The position numbers and the translations under genes are program-made. DNA of 62,923 bases, filler included, from Sphacelaria rigidula (taxonomy: Eukaryota), in assembly GCA_964200075.2 (NCBI GenBank). It is 7 parts of 7 records of this genome, joined end to end, with 100 filler letters (N's around TTAATTAATTAA, not from the genome) between each part and the next. Parts side by side here need not be neighbours in the genome. Positions count along the whole stretch, not along the records: positions 9,005 to 17,908 come from CAXNAA020009791.1; positions 18,009 to 26,911 come from CAXNAA020009792.1; 5 more parts are not named here. One strand, given 5' to 3'. Under the pieces are notes generated by a model. That model made no database searches. It was given only the letters and a program-made list of their open reading frames with translations, and was not told where the DNA came from. Positions 11,785 through 24,016 of the stretch are shown one piece after another; the first letter of the stretch is position 1, and every line of letters begins with the position of its first letter.

Positions 11785-12480
11785 TGAGCTGAGCCAGCTT
11801 GAAAACGGACTTGACCTGTCACAGTCATATTTCATCAATGCGAACGAAATTGAGCCGTGATCCGCACACATTTTTTAATCGTCTGGTGAAGGAACAAACT
11901 CCTATCTACTTAACAGCTCGGTCAGATGATCTCCCATTGATCAAACACCATGCCGAGTAAATCCCATGACTTTCATAGATATCTCGATACGAAGTGCTAT
12001 GCAAAACCCCACCATAATATAGTCAGCGGATGGCGCAGATTTTCGGTGTCAATATTCCTTGGGGCACGAGTTAACGATCGACGCCCTTAGCTTGACAGAC
12101 ACTGTTATCAATCGAGAGGTGTGGCTTACAAGAACATTTCATACTGAATTCACGATATTACACTAGTCGCACTAAATCTGGATTTCCCACGTCAGTTTGA
12201 GAGTTTTGCTTTGGTATGGAGTATCGCAGGGGCCAAAAAAGTAGCATGTATGCTGCACACTGATATATATATATATATTGTCATGAGATGAGGGGAGTTT
12301 GTAAACAATGACCTTTTTTGCTATCTCTTAAAAACGCCGAAATCTTGAGGTGCAGCTTTCATTTTTTTTTCATCTTTCCCCTGCGATACTCGATGTCAGA
12401 TTTCGAAGCACAAGTCTCGATAAACTGAAGTAGGAAATCCACTTACAAGCTCGAATCCGCTTCTAGACTGGCCCAGCTCG
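11785..12480. mobile_element. TA-flanked MITE family (Tc1/mariner-like), copy A
   Basis: Left end tgagctgagccagc (degenerate), right end ctggcccagctcg|ta; interior aligns by eye with 14586-15033. Confidence 0.6.
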
Positions 12481-12543
12481 TAGCTGCTGTGTGCGTCCGC
12501 TCCTGGCAGATGTGAGTGTTCGGCGGTTGATCGATCCATCAAC

Positions 12544-13850
12544 TGATTGATTGTCGCGCGATAGCTGATCCTCGGGGAATGTAGCCGTGGTCATTGTCCG
12601 TGAAGTAGACATGCCCAAGGTGAACAGAACGGAAGCACTCGTTGGAGAAAAATTCGAGGAAAGAAGAATGTTCTGAGAGCAAATGTGAGCCGCCTTTTTG
12701 ATCGGGCACGACGGGTTTTTGGCCATGTGTGCTACCGAAGGGCAACCCCGTCTTCGTCGATCGATCTAGCTTCCAACCCGGGGTACAGTATCGCACTGGC
12801 CCTGCTTACCCAGGGTATGACGACATCCTGAATCTGATTCCTGAGCAGCTGAGGAACATGAACGACGCGCTCGGTTTCATGGGTGTGGCAACCTCCTACC
12901 TGTGGAGAGGCTCGCCACTCATCCCGTGGCTCGATTTCACCGGTGTCGCAAATGTAAATAGGATCGCACGAGGATGAAACAGTGTGGATTCGTGCTGCGG
13001 CCGCACGAGGTAATCTCCGGTTCCTCCTGAGGAAGGTCGCTGTCTCGTGGTTCCGTTGCCGAAGATTTTATCCAAAGTGACAGCGGTGTGTTCTGTCCTA
13101 CCAAGAACGTCACCGGTTGGCACGCACAGGTACCGTACCTCATCCCGGACATACGTCGTGGCGAACTGTCTTCTCCCAGCTCGGTCGGAGAGGTACTTGA
13201 ACGATGGCGCAAACTATGTAAATCGACGTGCTACTCGAGGCTCCCGCGTTGATGTGGATGTCTGAGCACCTCGACTCCAGTATCGTACTCGCATACTGAA
13301 GACCGATGTCTTCGGAACTGGCCGAGAAGCGAGGCCTCCACCCCGATGTTGGAGTCGAGGTGCCCAGGCATACACATCATCGTGGCAGCCTTGGGCAGCA
13401 TGTCGGTTTGCATAGCTTGTGGCGTGCCGAATATCTCGCTTTCTCTCTCTTCGATCGAGCGGGCAGAACGTGGGTCGCCACGAGGTGTGTCCAGGGTTGG
13501 GGTGCCTCTGCGTAACAATCTTAAGGTGTTCTCGGTCGGATGATGAAGATCATCGTCGCTTTACGGCTGTCGATGGAGTCGAGGACGTACCACTAACTCA
13601 TCGGGGTCTCTAACTCATCGGGGTCTCAAGCCCCAACGTGGGACATATCTCATTGGGGACATGTTGAGAGTGAAGTCACAAGGGCAAGGCATCTTAAAGT
13701 AGAGCGAGTAGAAGACAGAGTCGATTATCCGTTCCCGTCACCCTCAGATATAGCCCTCCCTGCAGGGAAGGCTGTGGTCGACAATATTAATACTATAGTC
13801 GAGCAACGCATCTCAAGCGTTTCTCCTCCTCGCACGTAGTGTCCTATTGA
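12544..13850 (-). mobile_element. Unidentified ~1.3-kb retroposon-like insert; 5' boundary approximate
   Basis: Carries the CCACGG stem-loop and (CAAT)n tail at 12544-12590 on the minus strand; GC-rich body with broken, unrecognised frames. Confidence 0.4.
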
Positions 13851-13948
13851 TGCCGATGTCGACGAAAACCGCCTTTTCACATATCACTTGGTTCTCCGTT
13901 CGGGTCGGCTGTGGTGAAATGGTGATGGACGATGTGGTTTCTGTTGCA

Positions 13949-13988
<40 letters not shown>

Positions 13989-14370
13989 CGGTTTGTGTGC
14001 GCTTGTTACCCCGAAGCTGTTTTTTTTGTTTTCAAGTTTTATATGAGCCCTTCCCTTTTCGAGCAGAGTTTTCTCCTCAAAAGGTTTATCCGCTGGGGTG
14101 CTCGATGCTCGATGCTAGATGTGCCCCAGATCGATCCGAAATGATTCAATGTACGCGGGAGGCACAAGCAATGTCTGCCCCAACCCGATGGGTACACGTG
14201 CGTTGGTATGGAATAAATTATGGGAGCATCCCCGTACAGTAAGGATGAAGGTTAAGCACGACAGTAATGAAATGAGTGAGGGTTCAATTGCCCCCCTTCA
14301 AGATAGGGGGTAGGCACTAGGGGGTTGGAATGGACCAGAAAGATCCATATTTGTAATGTTTGAGCGGTTT

Positions 14371-14416
14371 AATCGATTGTCGCACTTCACTTGATCCCCT
14401 GGGGATCGAGCCGTGG
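14371..14416 (-). mobile_element. Retroposon 3' terminal stem-loop (CCACGG family)
   Basis: Reverse complement ccacggctcgatccccaggggatcaagtgaagtgcgacaatcgatt. Confidence 0.55.
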
Positions 14417-14585
14417 TCACATGCTAGACACACCGAAGATGAAACAAGAAAATGGAATACCGCAGAAATCGTCGTTATCTAGGCCGTTATTAACTGATTT
14501 TGGGCTGCAAGCATAACCTACCCCGATACCCGCAGAATTGCCTCCCTGGACAGTGACTCGCGGTAGGGAGGGGCACACTATTATA

Positions 14586-15033
14586 CGAGCTGGGCCGGCC
14601 TTATAACGGGCTTGAGCTGTCACCGCCAAGACCCATCGACGCAGACGAATTGGGCCATGATCGCACATACTGTCAATCATCTACGAAATCAAGGGGCGGA
14701 TGCCCATCTACTCAACAGCCCGGTCAGATGCCTTGTCGTTCGTTGATTATACGCCATGTCGAGTAAATCCCGTGATGCGCGGAGATATCTCGATACTAGG
14801 TTCTATACGAAACCCCGAAATATATGTACAGCGGATGGTGATAAGCTCGGTGTGAACATTCATCAAGAACGAACACCCTTGACTCGCGAAAAAATCGATA
14901 TTCAGCATGCCTTTTTTCTTTGGTTTGCCCCTGCGATACTCCGTACCAAGTTTCAATACGCACCTCTCAAGCCTGAAGAGCGAAATCCACTTGCAAGCTC
15001 AAATCCGTTTCTATCCCAGGCTGGCCCAAGTCC
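14586..15033. mobile_element. TA-flanked MITE family, copy B
   Basis: ta|cgagctgggccggc ... gctggcccaagtcc|ta; shares internal blocks with copy A. Confidence 0.65.
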
Positions 15034-15266
15034 TACTCCTTCACTGATGAAAGATTTGGTGCTGCCCCCACCCCAGCCCCCCACTAAGTAAAATAAAGCA
15101 TTGAAAGAGAAGTTCGTCTTCGTCCATGGTCCATTTTTTGTCCGTTGTCCATGGCGTGCGCCCCTCACTCATGCCCACTCCCTTCGACCTCGCTTGCGGT
15201 ACTATGCTACTGTACTGTAGCGTGCCGCGCTCTCCCGGGGATGCACTAGTAATGATATACTGCAAA

Positions 15267-15500
15267 TTGATTGATTGATTATCTCACATGAGCTGATTGC
15301 AACAATCCAGCCCGTGGCCAGGAGCAACATGTATAACTGGAATGTATCCACGTGGTTGCCACGACATGATAGATAGATAACCTCGCCCGCTTGAAAATAA
15401 GGCCGTTTCGATAACCGACCGGCGATGATATACATTCCTGGCTCGAATCGCAATCTCGTGGGGGAGTGCGTCGATGACCCTCATGCCAGAGCTTGTCACC
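15267..15500 (-). mobile_element. tRNA-headed SINE with CCACGG stem-loop and (CAAT)n tail
   Basis: Minus strand: tggcatgaggg (A-box-like) ... gattcgagcc (B-box-like) ... ccacgggctggattgttgcaatcagctcatgtgag-ataatcaatcaatcaa. Confidence 0.5.
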
Positions 15501-16109
15501 TCCAAGGCGCCCCTTCCCCCCGCCCCCTCTCCGAGAACTTGCTCCACTCCATTGACGGACTTGTCAGCCGGAGATATTGTTTCGACGTGAGGTGTGGCGA
15601 ATGAGGCTTAAAGGGGGGACCGTGGTGATCGTTATAGTGTCCACCCTCCATGTGTTTCAGTTTGTGTCTCACTATTTTCTGTTGTGTCGACATATGTGCC
15701 GTTCGCGCTAACGTGTTTCTATTTGTCAAATGTCTATTTCTCGGATGTATACAGCTAACAATATGATGAGCACGATCTCAGATTTTTGTTGTTGGAATAT
15801 GTTTATTTGCGGCAGGAGACGTTCGTGCTTTTACAGTCGATGAGGGCCGGGACAGCTACTAGCTATGTGCAGGAGATATGAGAAATTGACGAATTTCTGG
15901 AAACGAAAGTATGTTTCAGGTTGGCACACCGACGTGCCGACACGCATGAATACACAATACCGCCACACACACACACACACACACACTGAACATTGAACTG
16001 GCACGCACCGACTGGAAAATGACACGCCCACACACATAAGACACATAAGACTGACACAATCTCCCTCAAACACGCACACACATACGCAAAATATTGTCAT
16101 GGAACGCAG

Positions 16110-16604
16110 CGGGACCGGCAGCGGCGGCGGGAGTGTGGGATTTTCACGGAGCGCACCCCGCCGACTCGGTCGGACCGGCTCAGGCCCATCGTCATCGACA
16201 TCGTTGCCGTCGACCACCGCCACCACCACTACCACTACCTCAGCCGCCGCCGGACCGGGCAGCCGAAACACCCGTAACGGCGACGGCGATAGCGGTGGGA
16301 GATCAGCGCAGCGGCCGGCGACTGCAGCGGCCGCGGCGACAGCCGCCGGGGCGGCTGCCGCCGCGGCGGAACGGGCTGCGGAACAGACTGCGGCAGACCC
16401 CCCGCTGACGCCTGCGCAAGAGGCGGAGGTGAACATTGCCGAGAGCGTGGAGCAACTGCTGCGGCATTTGATCGGGGGGAGTATGATGCCGCAGACGGCT
16501 TCGAGAGAGGGTGGAGGGGGAGGGGGAGGGGGGGGAGGGGAAGGGGAAGGGGGTGCGGGTGCGAGCGCGAGTGCGGCGGCGCAGAGTGATAATCCGCTTC
16601 TTGG
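16110..16604 (+). CDS. RNF126/RNF115-like E3 ligase exon (low complexity); the RING exons would lie beyond the contig end
   Basis: cgcag|C in phase 2, matching the previous donor; S/T/A/G-rich with VEQLLRHLIGG; donor GG|gtgagc. Confidence 0.65.
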
Positions 16605-17739
16605 GTGAGCGGGTTTTGTCCGTGAGGGGTACATGTACTGTAGCAGGTTGGTTTGATGGGTGGGTGGGTGAATGGGTGGGTGAGGTGATGAGTTTTGAGC
16701 CGTTGTTGCCAGGCTGGGTGAGTCTTTTGTTTCGGACTCCTCTGTTTTTGGATTGAGTGTCTGTTTTTTTTATCTGGTATTTTCGTCCTCGATTTGTTGG
16801 GTGGTTGGCTTGGATGGTGGGCTAACCCGGTGTAGAGGCGCTGGCACATGATCGGTGCGTAGGTGTGTGGAGTGTGGGTGTTTGTGCTATTACGCGTTGC
16901 TTTGAAACCCCCCTTCCCCCGTCCCCAAACATTACTATAATAGTAAGGCAAACAAGAAGCGTGGGAACAGATATGTAGAAGATTGAGAAACTAGATGGGG
17001 CACGTCTGCTGTGTGAACATACATGCAGGAACAAATTCGAAGTATTGCTTTTTCAGATTGTTTCATCACTTGTTTTGCTGTCCTCATACTTCGTTTTTTT
17101 TTTCGTTTTTTTTCGTTTAATTCTTTTTTGTTTTGTCGTCTCTCTCCCGCACCGCCGAAATTGTTGAAATTGGTGGCATCATGTTGACCCGATATCTGAA
17201 GAGTCGAAGCAAAGAGGAGAAGACAGTGCCCCGAAAGACTCTAAATGCGAAACAATCAAATTCCATTCACTTTCACGACGGCCACACCTGTCTCATTTTT
17301 CCCCACCACCTTTTCGTTTCTTTTTCGTTCAAGTTCCTTTTTTTTTCTTCTCATTATTTGAGCCCCCACCTGCGTTCCCTTCTCCTAAATCAATTCAAAA
17401 TCTGTTACGTGCCGCTAACCCCCCCGTCTCCCCCCCCTCTCCCCCTCAGCCTGGTCCGGCGAGAACCCGGCGTGCTCCGTCCCGACTTCGCAGGGGCAGA
17501 ACTCCCATGCGGTTGGCGTCGGTTGGCAATGACGCTGTAAAACACGCCTCTCACTGTGTAAGCTAGGCAACCAGGTTGCCGATTTTTTTCGCGCGCTTGC
17601 GTTTTGTCGTGCTGCGGTAATCATGATGGTGGTCGAGCTATATCATATTGTGCGGGTCGGGAGAATCTCAACTACGCGCAAATGGGATGATTGTACTACG
17701 TAATGTTTACATGGTGAGACATCCATGAGGCAGTATATA

Positions 17740-17908
17740 AACCATTGCTGTTTCTGGAAGTGGCAGCACCAGAAAATAAAGCAGCTCATTGGAGGTTGTC
17801 ATCTGAATGCAAGATAATCAGTAGACTTGGGGCCGAACAATCTTAGCAGGATGCAGCTCACCCTTCATGCGACTCGCCGAACACACCACGGGGCTTTGCG
17901 CTTGGCGA
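17740..17908 (+). mobile_element. Upstream (5') part of poly-C-associated retroposon subfamily A
   Basis: Homologous to 47515-47642 (+) and 45245-45415 (-); in the latter it is contiguous with the 3' core. Confidence 0.6.
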
Positions 17909-18008
17909 NNNNNNNNNNNNNNNNNNNNNNNNNNNNNNNNNNNNNNNNNNNNTTAATTAATTAANNNNNNNNNNNNNNNNNNNNNNNNNNNNNNNNNNNN
18001 NNNNNNNN
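17909..18008. other. Artificial contig linker
   Basis: N44-TTAATTAATTAA-N44. Confidence 0.98.
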
Positions 18009-20688
18009 AAGCACATCCGTGCGTGTTTGTCACGCACGATTTTTGACGGATCCGTGCTTGACGAAGATGATCTCAAGGAGGCACTAGGCCGACACGCGAA
18101 ATGTTGGGAGGATGAAGAGATTGATCCTTCAGTTGGTGCTGCTGGTGTGCGGAAAGCGTTGGCGGCCCGCAACTAGCAAACTGCAATGGGAAGAGTAGAA
18201 GAGCAGTGGGGTGCCCTGGAGGAATGTTTTGCGGAAAATACTAGCGCTGAGCGTGCGTTCCGCGATGATGCCGATTTCAAACCAAGACCCGCTCAAATCA
18301 TAACTCGGGAAATATTGAATGGACTGACCCCCCCCGATTCCAAAACTAAAGTCCTCAACATGTTGAGCATGAAGGGGGGGTGGAAGGAGGACCCTGGGCT
18401 TGTGTTTAACACGGCTCGGGAAGCAGCGGAGGCATGGAAGACGGCGGAAGCGGCGGATAAGCAGTGCCGTCAGCAGCCGCAGCTGAAACAAAGGAGTGAC
18501 AACGGGACTTCCGGAAGCAAGCGCCAACCAAATGGTGGGAAAACGGCGAGCAGTGGAAATGGGACTACCAGTTCCGGGAAAAGCCGCAAACCAGGCCCAA
18601 ACTATGCAGGATGTTAAATATGTGGACACAAGGGCCATTTTCCAGAAGGATTACAAGCAGCAAGGCCAGGCTGCTGCTACACAACGTAGTGACGGTGGGC
18701 AGACGAAGGCTGGCGACAAGCAGTAGCAACAACAGCAGCTGTCGCAGGGCCCTGGGCAAGTGCCTCGCGGAGGGGGCACGAGTCCCGCCCCTACAAGGGC
18801 TGTCTTTTCAGCCGATGGACAAAGTGGTCCCCGCGGGGGGGCGACGTTGCCACCAGAACCGATCGCTTCTACTGGTGGCGTGCAGCAGATCATCTCATCC
18901 CATTCGTTCCCGGGTTCGAAATCTGAGGCGGTGCCGGCATGGAGATCGCTCAAAGCGGGTGAAGTGTCAGGTTTTTAATCTGAGGGTCTGCAAGTAGATA
19001 GCAAGGAAAGGTGGTGTCTTGCCGACATGTCTGTCCCGAGTGCAGGGGCAAAGGGCGTTTGTCCGGTCACGGCTATTTTAGATTCAGGATCTGGACTTAC
19101 GACCATGTCAGCTGGTATGGCGGCGAAATTGCAATCCATGGTTTCAGATGTCCAAGTGGTGAGACCGATGGCTGGTGAACAGTTGGTGAAATTGGCAAAT
19201 GGCAATGTTGAGCTCGTGAAGCAGAAAACTTGCCCTGTCCTAACCGCTTTACACACCAGCTGGGGACCGGTTGTGCTGGGCCCATGTTCATATGCGGTCA
19301 TGCCGGGTACAGATGATATGATCATCATGGAGAGCCCTACGCTAGAGGCGCTGGGTATTGACGTGTACAGTAGCTTAGGTGCCTGTGCACGTGGAAGAAA
19401 CACTCCGGTGCGAGGTGTAAACACGCCTGATTTTACGGACTGTCGGCGTGTCAGTACCGCGGTTGAAGCTATACAGCAACCAGGAGGTCGGGCGGAGCCC
19501 GTTTATTCCTCAGTCGAGCGGTTGTTGTCGAGAAGTCCGGCGATGAGCATATCCCCGGAACAAGAGCTTGCTGAGCTTGATGTTGCGCCGGAGGAGGCAG
19601 TACAAGCCGCCGCGGGTAACGGCATATCGGATAGCGACGTGAGCCAAATTCGTGAGCCTGTACGGAACAGAGCGAACATTTTTAGGCGAGTGCTGCATGG
19701 TTACCCGCCTGATCGTGTCGAGCCCTTAAAGGTGAAATTCAAACCCGCTGCTGTGGAGGCCAAGGCCCGGCCGAGAGCGTACTTTCCAATCAGGATGGCG
19801 TGGTTGGCACGCTGCATCGCAACATTGGTGGTGCTCGGGCTCGTGTACTGCAGTTTGAAGGTAGAGTGGGCGAGAGCGGCGATTGCAACGCCCGAGAAGT
19901 CCCGTTTTCGCTGGATGAATGCATACAAGGCGGGGGAGGGAGTTTCCCGTCACCACAAGGAGGTGGTGCATGGTGTTCGCCCAGGGAAGGTGCTTCATTA
20001 CAATTTTCTCAGTGTTGGCAAGGGTGGTCCGCTGGGAAATAATGGCTTGGACAAAGGAGATCGGTTCAAGTACATATTGGTAAGGATGAATGACCCGGGC
20101 GACTTCGTGCAGTTGGAGCCCGCGGAGTCTTGTACGGCGGCAACGACGGTGAAGCATCTGTTGACATGGTGCAAAGAGCTGGGGCCGCAGGAGGGATGGG
20201 TCAGCGATACGGTATCGCAATATGAGAATCGTGTGGTGAGAGTGCTCAAGAAAGCGCTGATGGATCGCAGATTTGTGGTGGCCAACTCGCGGTTGTCACA
20301 TCGTGAATGTGAGCGAATGGTGCGTGACATTGTTCGTACCTTGAAGGTCATAATGCGGAGAGGAAGCCGCGATGCCAACGCCTGGGTGGGTTTGGTACCT
20401 GCCGTGCAGTGGGCATTGCACACTGGTTTTCGGGACAGCTGTGAGAGCTGTAGCTGCATCTATGATGCGAGGAGCGACTGTTGGAGTGGAAATCCTACTC
20501 TACGGTGTGGACGAGGTTGTAGCCGGAGAGCTGCTGTTTCTCAGGAGGAGCGCAGGAGAATTACAAGGCAGGCATTACCTGAGGTGCTCGATGTTGCGGT
20601 GAGCGCCGGGTTGGGTGATGTTAAGGAGCAAGTACTAGTGGAATTGCTTGTTGAGAATGAGCAAGCACATTGTGACTTGTATACCTGA
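18009..20688 (+). mobile_element. Decayed Ty3/Gypsy LTR retrotransposon (gag end, protease, RT start fused to integrase)
   Basis: Broken zinc knuckle GC*ICGHKGH (~18609-18640); aspartic protease AILDSGS; RT N-terminus PLKVKFKP..KARPRAY; integrase VLHYNFL/KYILV/WVSD/ECERM/WVGLVPAVQWALHT. RT core and RNase H are absent. Confidence 0.88.
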
Positions 20689-23567
20689 ATCGTTTTGTGG
20701 ACGATTGTAGGTCGTGGTGGTGTGGTTCCTGGACCTGTCTGTTGTGTTGCGCTGGTTGGCACGCATGATACACGGTGGTTTCTGCAAAAAAGCTGCCGAG
20801 TGAAATATGAGCATGCAGGTGAGACTGATGTGCATGGCGTGTGATGAAGAGTCAGAGTGACGCAGTTTCCAATACACTGCTGTGTGCTGAATGAAATAAA
20901 GCTCGTATATAATTTTTCGCGCAAAAATCGGAATCATCTTTGTGCGGTTTGCCGAATTTGCCTGTAGGAGATGGTGATTGCTGCTGCTGGCGTGAAAATG
21001 AGCGGAAACTATGAGATGCGTAGGCTCGTATGTGAACAAGTATAACGTGAGTATTTCCAGAGGTTGACGATAAAAGAATCGTACGCGAATATAGTGATCT
21101 TTTACTGTGGTACATCTTTGAGTGTTTAGATAAGCGCATACATGGTGCTTCGCATCTGCAAAACGGAGAGTGTGGATGGTGTGCCCATTTTTCTGGAAGG
21201 AGCACCGCATATTTGTTCTGAGCTGCGTCAGTTGGACCTGAGTCAAACGGTGCGGGCACGGTTGTAGGCAAAGTGCGGTATCAAGCTTTGAGTGCATGGT
21301 ATGATTGAATGCTACGGTTTGAAATGGTATTTTCCTCGGCGCGTTTACTTTTTGTGAGCATGCCACGGCTGGAAATTGCCGTTGAATAAATTATTGACTT
21401 CACTAAATTCGATTGAGACGCTGTGTTCAAGTGTCGTTGTTCAGCGTTTTGCGAATGATCATTTTCTTTGTGAACATGACATAGCATGTTCATGTGTCAC
21501 CAACAGGCGGACAAAGGTAGCACGAACGTGTTTGTCGGTGTCTACTATTTGACAAACTCGCTTTCTACTTCGAGTAGTGCGGAGTTTTGGGGGTGCTGTA
21601 GAGTAGTCCACCTCCAGTACACGGACGCACAGGTTCATGATGATATACGAGTGGAATAATCTGCTGTAGGCGTTTTCTATTGGTTGACGGACTTATGGGT
21701 CTGATCGGCAGACTATGTGGATTTGAACATCACATGCTTCACGCATGTGGTTTCTTCCAATAACGAAGGCTGTGTGTTTATGAATAACAACCGTCTTGAA
21801 GTCTCCAGGCCCTAGTAAGGGAGGAAGCCCTTGGAGCAATCTTGTGACCTTGTTCTGAGTCCAGGAGGGCTCTAGAGCGCCCAACTCCGCGCTCACCACA
21901 GCAGCAAACCCCTCGGGTAATGCCTTCTTTGTAGTCCTCCAGCCCGCTTCTGAGAAACAGCAGCACTCGAACCATGACCCCGTGCACAGCGTAGAGCATC
22001 CTTTCCACTCGAACACTCGCTCCTTGCGCCATGGGTCCAGCTACAGCTCGCACCCTCGTGGAGTCGCTCAGCTCGCCACTAAACGGCATATCTGCACCGC
22101 CGAACCAATGCGACAAGCCCTCTGCCTTCACAGACACTTGGGCAGTACCGAACACCTGTGCTTCAGTCAGTTTTACAGAGGAAACGAGAGGCGAAACGGG
22201 GACAGCTACACAGTCCCGCACCACTCCTGATGGCACAGTATCCTCCTCAAACACCCCGCGGCGCAACAGTGGAGACACCCCCGCCATCGGCGTCAAATAT
22301 ACCAAACCTGTCCATGTAAACAGTAGTGCACACGACCACCCCAACACCACGCGACGCTCGCTAACAGCATCACGAGCTTGCAGATCGCTCTGCGTACCCG
22401 CTTCACGCGGGTCACACGCCCCTATTGTTTTCATCATGCAAGGTGTGTCCACAGCTACGCGCTGCTCCGGCGGCAATTCCGCCAACCCATCACCCACCTG
22501 TCCTTCAAGCAGACACCCCTGCGACTCATGTGAGCGATCTCCCGCCATGTTACAGGCGCAGACAGATTTACCATGAGCACGGCAAGCTCCTTGCTCACCC
22601 TGCTCGTTCGCAGTACGCGAATAACACCCCCCTGCAGCTTCGAGCATGCAAGGAGTATCTTCAGCTACGCACTGGTCTGGCGCAACAAGCAACTGGAACC
22701 TCCGCCCACCAGTACCTACTCATCGCCCCATGTAGGCCCCGCTCTCTCAACATCGCCAACAGCAGCAGCAGTATCACCCATACTCGCTACAGCCGCCACC
22801 TTCTGTCCGGCTTGCTCCTTGACGGCAATATCGGCAACGCCTCTAGCGCTCTCGTGCCTGTCCCTTCAGACCAACGATGGCTGTATGATTTGTTCGCCTC
22901 TGCCATCAGCACTGCCAGCGGCTGCTGATTCAGCACCGACTACTGTACTCTCACTGTCCTTCATGCCCAGTGCGTCTCTTCGGACAGACAAATGCGTCGT
23001 CACCTTCGCGCCCTCGAAGTGGCACCGCGATGTTGCTTCAGTCTCAGCAGGTGCACGATCGTGCCTGTCCCCTCGGTTAGACACATGCTGTTACAGGGCG
23101 GATAATGACCCTGTATAGGAGACTATAGAGCAATTGAATCATGGCTACACCTTCTTCAGTCTAATGATGACTTGGTGGGAAATATATCGTGCGACTTTGC
23201 CCCCCACTGGGTCACAAGTGAAAGCACACGAAAGCAACCAATTCTGAAGGTAAACTGATAATCGTCTCCTGGCTATTGTATTGCACTTCACATCTGCTGA
23301 CCGCTGCTAACAACACTCATCATCCGCCAAGGATCGACTCACATGCTGAGCAAGGTGCTTGCGCATATCTTCACTTCTGCATTTGGACTGAAACAGGCAA
23401 GATCCAACAAGTGTTTTGTGGTTCCTACCGTAGGTCTGACCGTATCGGATTGAAAGTGTCACGGCAATTAGGTGGCCAGCGAAGCCTGGTGTGAAACGTG
23501 TCCCCGGCTGGTAGAGGTTCCTGCGTACTCAACACTGGTGCATCTTTGCGTCTGCGACAATCCTTTT

Positions 23568-23790
23568 CGGCTTTCACAGTGCAAGAATTTACACTGTATC
23601 GTTGTTTCAGACGCGGACCGCCTACTGCACGTTCAGCGGGTGCACTGTCGTGCGTGTCCCGTGGGGTAGACACATGTTTCTCGGCTTCCATAGTGCAAGC
23701 AGCTATCCTGCATCGTTGTTTCAAACGTGGACCACCTACTGCACGTTCGGCGGGTGCATTGTCGTGCCTGTCCCCTCGGGTAGACACATG
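23568..23790. repeat. 114-bp tandem duplication (38-aa unit on the minus strand); the same motif recurs at ~22853 and ~23060
   Basis: HVST.(G/R)D.HD.APAERAVGGPRLKQR occurs twice in ORF 23425-23958(-). Confidence 0.8.
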
Positions 23791-24016
23791 CTGTGTGACA
23801 AGTGCGTGCTTCACAGTGCGATGCACCCCACCGGACGACGCATGCTTGCGCAACGCGGAAAGCAGCTGCTCGTTCTCAACACCATGAGCGTGTTTCAAGG
23901 ACGTGTCACGCAGACATTCCGCAATATGTTTCGGCATGAGGTCAGAAACTGCTGTCACCCCAAAGAGATTGTGTCCACCGCGCGTTCACCTGATCTACAT
24001 CTCGCAGATATTGCTT

